Source: Escherichia phage ST2. From it: 64,000 nt of DNA. The stretch is from the sequence record OM982647, one strand, 5' to 3'. Shown here one piece after another: positions 47,733 to 56,254 of the stretch. The notes beneath the pieces were generated by a model that saw only the letters and a list, made by a program, of their open reading frames with translations, was not told the origin of the DNA and did no database searches. The position numbers and the translations under genes are program-made. The number at the start of each line of letters is the position of its first letter. The first letter of the stretch is position 1.

Positions 47733-48008
47733 TTATTTCATATTATTGAAATAATCTTCCGCATCAAAATCGTTATCATGGTAAACTTTGGTAGACGATT
47801 TGGCGTAGCCTTCGGCCGAGAACATATTAATCACAACTTTAATTGTATACCACTGTCCGTCTTCATTACCCATTACTGCGTAAGTTTCAAACATCGGATG
47901 GTCAGGTCCAATAACTTTAATATCATTCACCGTACGTCCGAAATCTTCTGGAACACATTTCATAAAGAAGTTGAACAGTTCACCGTAATTATCCATTTCA
48001 TTCTCCAA
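47733..48008 (-). CDS. hypothetical protein
   Basis: 91 aa. Confidence 0.5.
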   Translation of the reverse strand: MENEMDNYGELFNFFMKCVPEDFGRTVNDIKVIGPDHPMFETYAVMGNEDGQWYTIKVVINMFSAEGYAKSSTKVYHDNDFDAEDYFNNMK

Positions 48009-48029
48009 GTTTTTTCTGTATCGGTAGTT

Positions 48030-48075
48030 GATAGTTGTATAGTACCACGGAAGAACAGGGATGTAAACAGTTTTG
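48030..48075 (-). promoter_or_regulatory. early promoter GTTTAC-N18-TACTAT
   Basis: Minus strand GTTTACATCCCTGTTCTTCCGTGGTACTAT. Confidence 0.45.
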
Positions 48076-48136
48076 TGAAAAAATTTTTAAAAAGTTCTGG
48101 GGAATTCTAGGGCAGGGAGAGGAAAGGCCTAGATAC

Positions 48137-48163
48137 CAAAAAGCCCTATCATTTAGATAGGGC
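48137..48163 (-). terminator. rho-independent terminator
   Basis: Minus strand GCCCTATCTAAATGATAGGGC plus T5, after stop of 48171-48734. Confidence 0.65.
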
Positions 48164-48170
48164 TTTAAAA

Positions 48171-48734
48171 TTATTTACCTAGTTTAGTTATTATAGCTTC
48201 GGCAGCAGCTTTTAGCTTAGATGCAGTGTTAATACGATTTTTAATTTCAGTATACGCATCGCCAAGAACATCAAGGCTATCAGAATAAACACTTACACTA
48301 TTGCGTTCGCTATTTGAAATAGAACCTTTAGTTTTACGATCAAAATCAGTGTACACGTCTTGAAGATCACGGGCTGCCTTCTTTGCATCATCCAATGCAT
48401 CAAGAGCTTTATTCAAAGCATTGACATATTTTTTAGTGTCAAACATATTCTTAGAAATTTTAACAGGTGCACGTTCAGGAGTAGCTAAGGCGGATTTAGG
48501 AACCTGCGTGCCAGATGCCAGTTTCTTAGAAATTTTGAAAAACGCTTTATTGAAACTATTTTCTTGACTCATCGTAAAAGAACTAGTATCGATGTTATAC
48601 ATTTCAATAGCTTTAGCTTTCCACTTAAGAAAATCGCCACGGTCTTTTGGATCCAAGTGGAAGAATACTTTAGTAAGATCTGCTTCAGATGGTAATTTTG
48701 CTGCTTCGGTTAAAAATTCGGCATAGGTTTTCAT
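48171..48734 (-). CDS. internal protein candidate with CTS leader (187 aa)
   Basis: N-terminus MKTYAEFLTE. Confidence 0.65.
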   Translation of the reverse strand: MKTYAEFLTEAAKLPSEADLTKVFFHLDPKDRGDFLKWKAKAIEMYNIDTSSFTMSQENSFNKAFFKISKKLASGTQVPKSALATPERAPVKISKNMFDTKKYVNALNKALDALDDAKKAARDLQDVYTDFDRKTKGSISNSERNSVSVYSDSLDVLGDAYTEIKNRINTASKLKAAAEAIITKLGK

Positions 48735-48824
48735 TTAAAATCCTTGAAATAATTTATCGGTTTGTTATTAATTATTTATTACTTTGGTATTATCAGTAAC
48801 AGCATTCTCCGAGTGAGTCAAACT

Positions 48825-48851
48825 AAAAAGCCCCAACCTTTCGGAAGGGGC
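48825..48851 (-). terminator. rho-independent terminator (copy 2 of 3)
   Basis: Same GCCCCTTCCGAAAGGTTGGGGC hairpin plus T-run. Confidence 0.7.
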
Positions 48852-48857
48852 ATTCTA

Positions 48858-49322
48858 TTATTTAATTTGTTTAGCAGACCAGATACGGTCTTTAATAAGT
48901 TTTTGGATATCTTCAACATACTCAAGGCTATGAGCGTGAGGATTATCTTTGAAGCTATGTGCTCGTGCCAGTTTCTGGCCTTCTGTTTTGATTACTAAAA
49001 GCTCTTTAAGAATTGCTTCATACTTAGAAATAATTCCTTTGGCGATATTTTTTTCTTGAGCGGCTTTAGGGTCCGCTTTTGGCACAGGTGCTTTACCTGT
49101 AGCTTTCTGGAACAATTCACCTGATGCAGCTAGGCTTTTAAAAACTCGGCTAACAGTATTAGCATTAGTAAAACCTTCGGCTTTAAAATCTCTAATAAAA
49201 CGGAAACGTTCTTCATCAGAGGCGTCTTTGTAAGAATATTTACCTGCTTGAATTGCTGCAATCGCAGCGGCTTTTACATCTGAACTAGATTGTTCAGTCA
49301 AAAATTCAGCGTATGATTTCAT
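48858..49322 (-). CDS. internal protein candidate with CTS leader (154 aa)
   Basis: N-terminus MKSYAEFLTE. Confidence 0.65.
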   Translation of the reverse strand: MKSYAEFLTEQSSSDVKAAAIAAIQAGKYSYKDASDEERFRFIRDFKAEGFTNANTVSRVFKSLAASGELFQKATGKAPVPKADPKAAQEKNIAKGIISKYEAILKELLVIKTEGQKLARAHSFKDNPHAHSLEYVEDIQKLIKDRIWSAKQIK

Positions 49323-49367
49323 GTTGCTTTTCCTAAGTTAATTAACTTATCTATTTATTATTATGCC

Positions 49368-49397
49368 AAAAAAAAGCCCCAACCTTTCGGAAGGGGC
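49368..49397 (-). terminator. rho-independent terminator (copy 3 of 3), ends tRNA/small-RNA transcript
   Basis: Hairpin plus T8 on minus strand. Confidence 0.7.
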
Positions 49398-49700
49398 TAT
49401 GCCTTGCGGCAACCTTGTCGGGGTTCCACCTGCTAAGGCAAGTGTTTGTACGAAACGCCGGGATTCGAACCCGGTTATTAAGTAGTTGACGCTACTCAAT
49501 ATTTTTAAAAGGCCATATCTCGACCATATCCGAACGTTCCGTCAAAAACGCTACTCGGCTTACGGCAAAGATATTTCCTCGAATCGATAATTCGGTGCGC
49601 CGTTTCTGCTGTGATGTAAGGGGATATTAACAAATCGTAAAGATTTATTAAGACCAGTCCTTACGCAGGGAACATCAGTCCGACGACTTACCGGTAGCGA
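49398..49700 (-). ncRNA. candidate small stable RNA(s) downstream of tRNA cluster (T4 rnaC/rnaD-like position)
   Basis: About 300 nt non-coding; tRNA-like T-arm CCGGGTTCGAATCCCGG on minus strand near 49458-49474; ends at terminator. Confidence 0.35.
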
Positions 49701-49709
49701 CCCGGCTTC

Positions 49710-50054
49710 TTATTTTGACATATCATCAATTTGCTCTCGACGCCGACGCCATAGATTAATCACTTCATTAACACATTCGGCGTTTGGTATATGACGGCAA
49801 TAATATAATGATTCGCGTTTCTGGAACCGATGTTGCAATGGGATTTCGTTTAAAAGGTCTTTACGGTCAAAGTATTCAAAACTAGTTAACCCAGAACGAT
49901 TTTTAATGAACTTCCAATGTCCAAATTCATTTTGAACATAGATGTAATCGGCATGCTGATACAACGAATTAATCAATCGGTCTGAAATAACTGTATCATG
50001 TTCGTTAAAATAAAACGTTAAATCATGAACTACTAAGTAAACATTACCTTTCAT
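49710..50054 (-). CDS. hypothetical protein
   Basis: 114 aa between tRNA cluster and small-RNA region. Confidence 0.5.
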   Translation of the reverse strand: MKGNVYLVVHDLTFYFNEHDTVISDRLINSLYQHADYIYVQNEFGHWKFIKNRSGLTSFEYFDRKDLLNEIPLQHRFQKRESLYYCRHIPNAECVNEVINLWRRRREQIDDMSK

Positions 50055-50073
50055 ATTTTCCTCACTTATTAAA

Positions 50074-50149
50074 TGGTCGAGACAGTAGGGATCGAACCTA
50101 CGACCTAGGACTTAGAAGGTCCTTGCTCTTCCTTCTGAGCTATGCCTCG
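50074..50149 (-). tRNA. tRNA-Arg (anticodon UCU)
   Basis: Manual cloverleaf: acceptor CGAGGCA/TGTCTCG, D-arm GCTC..GAGC, anticodon loop CTTCTAA, T-arm GTAGGTTCGATCCCTAC, encoded CCA. Confidence 0.8.
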
Positions 50150-50153
50150 TATT

Positions 50154-50228
50154 TGGCGGACGTGCATGGATTCGAACCATGGGCCAATTGATTAACAGTC
50201 AACTGCTCTACCACTGAGCTACACATCC
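50154..50228 (-). tRNA. tRNA-Asn (anticodon GUU)
   Basis: Acceptor GGATGTG/CACGTCC, anticodon loop CTGTTAA, T-arm CCATGGTTCGAATCCATG, encoded CCA. Confidence 0.8.
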
Positions 50229-50232
50229 AAAT

Positions 50233-50307
50233 TGGTGGCCCTGGCTGGTTTCGATCCAGCTACCTATCAGTTATGAGCTGACAGCTCTCCCATTGAGCTA
50301 CAGGGCC
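50233..50307 (-). tRNA. tRNA with CAU anticodon (Met or Ile)
   Basis: Acceptor GGCCCTG/CAGGGCC, anticodon loop CTCATAA, T-arm GCTGGATCGAAACCAGC, encoded CCA. Confidence 0.75.
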
Positions 50308-50386
50308 TAAATAACTTTCTATTACCAAAGGCACTTTAGAGTGCCTTTGGTAATAGAGGGTATGAATTAATAATAACACATAATTC

Positions 50387-50902
50387 TTAAAGCAAATCAA
50401 TCATTTTAACAGTTGGCAAAACGATTTCTTCTTCAATATAAGCAAATTCAACACATTCAACTACACGCAAGAAATCATAATCATAATATTCAGAAGCATG
50501 GCCAAGAATACCAGTGAGACCTTCTGATACTAAATATCCGTTCTCACAGAAAAGGTCGAATACACGCGATTCGTCTTCTTCAGATTTATTACCAAGGTCG
50601 ACTTCAATATCAAAGACCTTTTTAATGAATTCTGGATAAAGCTGGTCTGAGAACAGTCCTTCAACCAAGTATTCATAGATTAAAAGCGAGCAATCACTGA
50701 ATAGTGTATTACCACAGTAACGTTCAGCTTTAGTGCTAGAATGACGACTCTTAAATTTCTTCAAAAGATATTTAAACTGTTGGAGCTCATGCTCTTCCAC
50801 TTCAAACAATGTTTTGGTTTTATAGTTGTCACCATCATTTTCGTAGGTAGTGACGTCAATTACGTAGCCCTTAGGAATTGTACTGCCTAAACAAATATTC
50901 AT
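50387..50902 (-). CDS. hypothetical protein
   Basis: 171 aa acidic ORF. Confidence 0.5.
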   Translation of the reverse strand: MNICLGSTIPKGYVIDVTTYENDGDNYKTKTLFEVEEHELQQFKYLLKKFKSRHSSTKAERYCGNTLFSDCSLLIYEYLVEGLFSDQLYPEFIKKVFDIEVDLGNKSEEDESRVFDLFCENGYLVSEGLTGILGHASEYYDYDFLRVVECVEFAYIEEEIVLPTVKMIDLL

Positions 50903-50906
50903 TTAC

Positions 50907-51197
50907 TCACCGTACCATATTAATGTAATTATATTCAATGCAACGTAATTTCAAAGGATTCTTGAAAATATCATATTCAAGAGGGCCTTTTTCTGTTTCA
51001 ATAAAGAAATCAAAGTTAACTGTGTTAAATTTATCATCTTCACAGAGTAATTTAACTTGCGAAGATGAACGGTCGATATAAACCTTTTCAACCTCAAAGT
51101 TAGTCAGAATACCATAGTCATTAACTAGTGCTTTAGCTGCACGTTGATCGCTTTCATATCCATTCTCGACAGATTTTACTTTAGCATAAAGAATCAT
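50907..51197 (-). CDS. hypothetical protein
   Basis: 96 aa. Confidence 0.5.
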   Translation of the reverse strand: MILYAKVKSVENGYESDQRAAKALVNDYGILTNFEVEKVYIDRSSSQVKLLCEDDKFNTVNFDFFIETEKGPLEYDIFKNPLKLRCIEYNYINMVR

Positions 51198-51556
51198 GAG
51201 TGTTCCACCACTTCAAAGGTATGAGCATCAACAATATGATACCAGTCAAAATTTTCTTCTGCGTTTTTATAAATTTCGCGAAGAGCCTCAACAGTTTTTC
51301 CTGTAGCAACAAGGTCGTCAATACCACCAAGAGGATAACAGTCATAACCAGCAAACAGAAGGAAATTAATAGTTTCTGTAGGTTCTGGATGCAGAACTCC
51401 GTTATCGTCTACCACTTCAAAGAAAGTGTAAGAAGGAGTACAAGTTTTAATCCAGGCCCATGCTTGAGCCGCTGAATCAAATGGTCTGCGTATCAAACGA
51501 CAATCAGGGTCTTTAGAAGGATTTGCTTCAAAATCTGCATATACATGATATTTCAT
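51194..51556 (-). CDS. hypothetical protein
   Basis: 120 aa. Confidence 0.5.
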   Translation of the reverse strand: MKYHVYADFEANPSKDPDCRLIRRPFDSAAQAWAWIKTCTPSYTFFEVVDDNGVLHPEPTETINFLLFAGYDCYPLGGIDDLVATGKTVEALREIYKNAEENFDWYHIVDAHTFEVVEHS

Positions 51557-51763
51557 TTACTCACCTTTTGCAATTTTATCCATAACAATAGCGATTAAAC
51601 CGATTAGAAATGCTACTACCAATGAGATAGAGTTTTCAGTTGTTGTCAGTAGTCCACAAATGAATCCTACAAACATCGAAAAACTAAAAGCCATTGAAGC
51701 AATTACTACAGCAACATTACGAATCAGTTCAGCGCGTTTCATTTTATTTCTCCATTTACTCAT
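51557..51763 (-). CDS. hypothetical membrane protein
   Basis: 68 aa; two hydrophobic helices. Confidence 0.5.
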   Translation of the reverse strand: MSKWRNKMKRAELIRNVAVVIASMAFSFSMFVGFICGLLTTTENSISLVVAFLIGLIAIVMDKIAKGE

Positions 51764-51768
51764 TTGTT

Positions 51769-51812
51769 TTGATAGGACTACTATAACATAGTCCTATCGT
51801 GTTGTAAACTAC
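51769..51812 (-). promoter_or_regulatory. early promoter/stem-loop cassette (near-identical copy C)
   Basis: Minus strand GTTTACAACACGATAGGACTATGTTATAGTAGTCCTATC. Confidence 0.5.
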
Positions 51813-52100
51813 TTACAGAAGAGTTTTTGCAATAATTTTAAGCTGAGCTACAGAAATATGCTTAGCTTTAAACAGTGCGGTCTCTTCAGCCGGAGAGATA
51901 ACAATAGTAGCGCCGTCTTTCTTAGCAGACCATCCGTCCCCTAAGTAAACAGTACCTTTTACTTCTTCACCGTCAACCAGACTAATCATTGGTTTACCCT
52001 CACGTCCTTTATTTGTTTTAATAACTTCAGAAGTAAGGGATGCTTCGGTCAGAGTAGAAATGTTAGCAACAGGTGATATAAATTCTTTATAGGTTTTCAT
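51813..52100 (-). CDS. internal protein candidate at the IPI locus with CTS-like leader
   Basis: N-terminus MKTYKEFISP...; adjacent to 57B as T4 ipI. Confidence 0.6.
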   Translation of the reverse strand: MKTYKEFISPVANISTLTEASLTSEVIKTNKGREGKPMISLVDGEEVKGTVYLGDGWSAKKDGATIVISPAEETALFKAKHISVAQLKIIAKTLL

Positions 52101-52121
52101 TTTATTTCCTTGAGGCTGTTT

Positions 52122-52165
52122 ATTTGATAGGATGATAGTATCACACCATCATCCTTATGTAAACC
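52122..52165 (-). promoter_or_regulatory. early promoter GTTTAC-N18-TACTAT with AGGATGAT/ATCATCCT inverted repeat
   Basis: Minus strand GTTTACATAAGGATGATGGTGTGATACTATCATCCT. Confidence 0.45.
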
Positions 52166-52177
52166 GTTTTGTGAAAA

Positions 52178-52863
<686 letters not shown>

Positions 52864-52867
52864 TTTA

Positions 52868-53602
52868 TTACCTTAAGATTTTTTCAATTTTAGAATAAAG
52901 CTCTTCTAAAGAGCCGTCGTTTGTAATAACTAAATCGCCTTCTTCAATAGGCAACCCAGCTTCTGTAATATGTTTATCAGTGGATTCCGTACCAGAGCGA
53001 ACCACATGAATAACTGTAGCACCCATCGCTCTAGCGGTTTCCATTTCATGGACTTGGCGTGTATCGGTCACAACGTAGTAATCGAAATCACTTCCAATAT
53101 AATCCATATAGTTTAATGCAAAAAGCTTAACCCAATACATACGGTCAAATAAATTAACGACAACATCCGTACCGAGGGCTTGCATAAGACGGCGGATCGA
53201 CCACGTGTCGTTGATATTATTTATAGCTTCACGCAGGGCTTCGTACGGTTTAATATCTAGATATGAGTATCCACCTTCTAGTGATAATAATACGTTAACA
53301 CCATTAATCGGCAGGTATTGTCGTTGTAAATAAATCAGCGTTTCTTCCATTAATTCAATAACATCCAATTTATTGAGATTTAATGGTGTTTCACGGTCGT
53401 ATCCAATGCCTTCAAAGTATTCATATTTCAACTCGGTGAATACATCCGGGTTTTCGGCATGTTTACGCTCCCAAGCTATTGCTAGAGCGTCTTTAATTGG
53501 ATATGCTAATTGATATTTTATGGATTTAAAGTTTGAATTGATGTAATCAGCAGTAGTGTCTTTACCACTACGTTTGATGCCGCTTAAAAAGATTAGCTCC
53601 AT
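52868..53602 (-). CDS. 1: deoxynucleoside monophosphate kinase gp1
   Basis: 244 aa; P-loop GIKRSGKDT. Confidence 0.9.
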   Translation of the reverse strand: MELIFLSGIKRSGKDTTADYINSNFKSIKYQLAYPIKDALAIAWERKHAENPDVFTELKYEYFEGIGYDRETPLNLNKLDVIELMEETLIYLQRQYLPINGVNVLLSLEGGYSYLDIKPYEALREAINNINDTWSIRRLMQALGTDVVVNLFDRMYWVKLFALNYMDYIGSDFDYYVVTDTRQVHEMETARAMGATVIHVVRSGTESTDKHITEAGLPIEEGDLVITNDGSLEELYSKIEKILR

Positions 53603-53656
53603 AGGTTTTTCCTCATATAATTTATGAACGATTATAACATATGGAGCTAGAAGCGA

Positions 53657-54247
53657 TTAGCGCAAGGAAGGGTGTCTAGAAATGGATTTAGATTCGGCAG
53701 CTTGACGTGGTTGTTGAGATACAATGACTTCACCGTCTTTTTCTATCGTCATATACGCGTAATGAATAGTTGCTACGCAAGTAACGGCAGGGTCAGAGTC
53801 TTCAGTGTAACTAAATTCAATTTCGCTCAAATCAGAAATCCATGGTTTATAGAAATTTGCCGTCAAAACTACTTCGGTCTTATTGTTGTTTAAAATGTGC
53901 AAAGTAACAAACTCAGGACCATCAGAGTGGGCCGTATTATGTCCGGTTATATAGTTATTAGTGCTGAGCATCCATTTATACATGTTCATCCAGGACGTCA
54001 TGTCTTCATCAACTATAAATCGTACAACAAAAGGGTCATATTCAAATGTGGTGCCTGCACGCATTGCACGTCCTAACCCCATTGTGCCTGTCACAGTTTC
54101 AACAACAGGAATTCTCACACCTGGCAATGGTGCCGTTTGGGCATTGAGCACAAAACCTGAAGTTCGTGTACTATCCGGGATATCCACAACAAAGTTTGTT
54201 ATATTTGTTTGGTTAAAAATCTGTCTCGTTGGACGAGTCATAAGCAC
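53657..54247 (-). CDS. 3: tail completion/sheath stabilizer gp3
   Basis: Position between genes 1 and 2 as in T4; exact start uncertain. Confidence 0.75.
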   Translation of the reverse strand: MLMTRPTRQIFNQTNITNFVVDIPDSTRTSGFVLNAQTAPLPGVRIPVVETVTGTMGLGRAMRAGTTFEYDPFVVRFIVDEDMTSWMNMYKWMLSTNNYITGHNTAHSDGPEFVTLHILNNNKTEVVLTANFYKPWISDLSEIEFSYTEDSDPAVTCVATIHYAYMTIEKDGEVIVSQQPRQAAESKSISRHPSLR

Positions 54248-54343
54248 CTCAAAAACGCTTTAATAAAAATGCAGTATAATGGTTTTAGGTCTCTTCCATT
54301 AATCCGGTTCAACAGAATATCAGACGAACGGAAGAGAATAGAA

Positions 54344-55165
54344 TTAAGATTTCCAAACAGTATTCGCAGAGAAACGTTTTCCTTTTGACATAAATTGCTG
54401 AGTAGGTAACATGATTATGTTAGCCCAGTCTTTAGGAGCTATTTCTGTTATTGTTCCTCTAATGTGGCCTGGCAGGTATGCTTTAATCATTTTGTCAGCA
54501 CCTTGAAATCCTTTCACCTTGCTCCAGTCTATCTTCAACTTTGTGTTATTAGTAATAGTAGTTGTGCTAGCATATTGCTTCAGCAATTCTTCAAGAAACT
54601 GTTGACGTGCTTTAGGTGGGATATAGTGCAAGTTTAGCCCATACATCAAATTATGTTTACCTAATCCTAAATAAATAATCAAAGGATATCTGTCCCAATA
54701 TGGCAGAGTATCTTTATGTTTAGCATCATACACGTAAGTATAAATTTTGCCTGGCGTAGGCTTGACTACTTTATGACCTTTTACACTTTTCTTAATTGTT
54801 TCAACAAACCACTTAGATGATTTGTTGTTTACTGCTGCGCCTTCATTTCTAATCTTTTCTCGTACTGAACTGCGAAACGAGTTTATCATCAGAAGTTGAC
54901 GTTCTTGCTTATTGAGTTTATTTTTAGGTTTAGATTCAAGCGTTTCAATTTTCTGTGCAGTCTTAATAGATGATGCATATCTAGACATTGCAGATGTAAA
55001 CGATGAGTATTTTATTCCTTTTGATTCTGCAAATGCTTTTGCAGTGATTCCTTTCTCTTTAGCTTTCTTGTATTCTAATCCTATCTCAATCCATTTTCTT
55101 TCATTCATAGACTGAGCAATCTTAGGGGCTTGTACGCCTTCAGATATAATTTGGAATATGCTCAT
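54344..55165 (-). CDS. 2: DNA end protector protein gp2
   Basis: 273 aa; T4 gp2 size and position. Confidence 0.85.
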   Translation of the reverse strand: MSIFQIISEGVQAPKIAQSMNERKWIEIGLEYKKAKEKGITAKAFAESKGIKYSSFTSAMSRYASSIKTAQKIETLESKPKNKLNKQERQLLMINSFRSSVREKIRNEGAAVNNKSSKWFVETIKKSVKGHKVVKPTPGKIYTYVYDAKHKDTLPYWDRYPLIIYLGLGKHNLMYGLNLHYIPPKARQQFLEELLKQYASTTTITNNTKLKIDWSKVKGFQGADKMIKAYLPGHIRGTITEIAPKDWANIIMLPTQQFMSKGKRFSANTVWKS

Positions 55166-55167
55166 AA

Positions 55168-55617
55168 TTACCCCTTGTATCCGAGTTTCCTAAGTCCGTC
55201 TTCGGTTAGAACTCGAAATTTTATATTTCTCTTTTCAGCAACAGCTGAGGCAGCTTTCCATTTGTCACAGTTCACAGACCAGGTATATATTTCATTCATA
55301 TAACGTTTCTTTGCTGCAGTCGTAAGATTTGCAGGCTTAATAGGCGGCTGAGTTTCTTTCTTTGGTTTTATTTCTACAAAGAACTCTTGACCTGATGCAT
55401 CTTTCATCCATATATCCATAAAGTATCTACGTTTTTTACCTTCTGCGTTACAGAAATATGGAATTACTGCTGTTTCGCTGCCCCATGCAATAATTTCTGG
55501 ATTTTTATCTAACCATTCGAAAAAGAATTTTTCCCAGTTTGAACGATACGTTATTTTGGTATGGTCTCCACGGTATTTTTTTAAATTTTTTGGGACCCAT
55601 TTACCAGAGTAGGCCAT
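55168..55617 (-). CDS. 4: head completion protein gp4
   Basis: Start at ATG 55615-55617 (MAYSGKWVP), 149 aa; upstream in-frame ORF extends into late-promoter region. Confidence 0.85.
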   Translation of the reverse strand: MAYSGKWVPKNLKKYRGDHTKITYRSNWEKFFFEWLDKNPEIIAWGSETAVIPYFCNAEGKKRRYFMDIWMKDASGQEFFVEIKPKKETQPPIKPANLTTAAKKRYMNEIYTWSVNCDKWKAASAVAEKRNIKFRVLTEDGLRKLGYKG

Positions 55618-55628
55618 GTTGTCCTCCT

Positions 55629-55636
55629 TATAAATA
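55629..55636 (+). promoter_or_regulatory. late promoter TATAAATA for gene 53
   Basis: Exact TATAAATA about 43 nt upstream of gene 53 start. Confidence 0.7.
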
Positions 55637-55643
55637 GTATTAT

Positions 55644-55651
55644 TATTTATA
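55644..55651 (-). promoter_or_regulatory. late promoter TATAAATA (minus strand) for gene 4
   Basis: Plus-strand TATTTATA; divergent with gene 53 promoter. Confidence 0.65.
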
Positions 55652-55678
55652 CCAATTTCATATTGGAAGGAGACTATC

Positions 55679-56254
55679 TTGTTATTTACATTCTTCGACC
55701 CAATAGGATATAGTGCTAAAACCATTAATAAGAATGCACCTACTATTCCTATGACAGACATATTTCGTAACTATAAAGAGTACTTTAAGCGTGTTGCTGC
55801 CAATTATAGATTACGTTCTTATTATATTAAAGGCTCTCCGCGTCCTGAAGAACTAGCAAACATAATTTATGGAAACCCTCAATTATACTGGGTCCTTTTG
55901 ATGTGTAATGATAACTATGATCCGTATTATGGTTGGATTACATCTCAGGAAGCAGCGTATCAAGCTTCTATTCAGAAATATGCAAATGCCGGCGGAGACC
56001 AAATTCTTTATCATATTAACGAAAAACGCGAGAAATTTTATAACTTAGTTTCATATCCAGATGAGCCATTAGTATGGTATGATAAAGGCGATAAAGCTCG
56101 TAAGTATCCACAATATAAAGGACCTTTAGCTGCAGTAGATACTTATGAAGCGGCAGTATTAGATAATGAAAAACTTCGTAAAATAAAAATTGTTGCAAAA
56201 GAAGATATAAACTCGTTTATCACAGATTTGATTCGTGAGATGGAGATTGCATAA
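55679..56254 (+). CDS. 53: baseplate wedge protein gp53
   Basis: 191 aa; apparent TTG start after AAGGAG; T4 gp53-like. Confidence 0.85.
   Translation: MLFTFFDPIGYSAKTINKNAPTIPMTDIFRNYKEYFKRVAANYRLRSYYIKGSPRPEELANIIYGNPQLYWVLLMCNDNYDPYYGWITSQEAAYQASIQKYANAGGDQILYHINEKREKFYNLVSYPDEPLVWYDKGDKARKYPQYKGPLAAVDTYEAAVLDNEKLRKIKIVAKEDINSFITDLIREMEIA

Noticed and set aside
49398-49700. Fourth canonical tRNA in the T-arm-containing region
   Set aside because: The candidate anticodon arm has a 6-nt loop and no complementary acceptor stem could be formed; it is treated as a tRNA-like small RNA, not a tRNA.
16031-52165. Repeated about 40-bp elements as a possible CRISPR array
   Set aside because: The copies are dispersed (hundreds to thousands of bp apart), sit directly upstream of ORFs and contain -35/-10 hexamers; they are not regularly spaced repeats with unique spacers.
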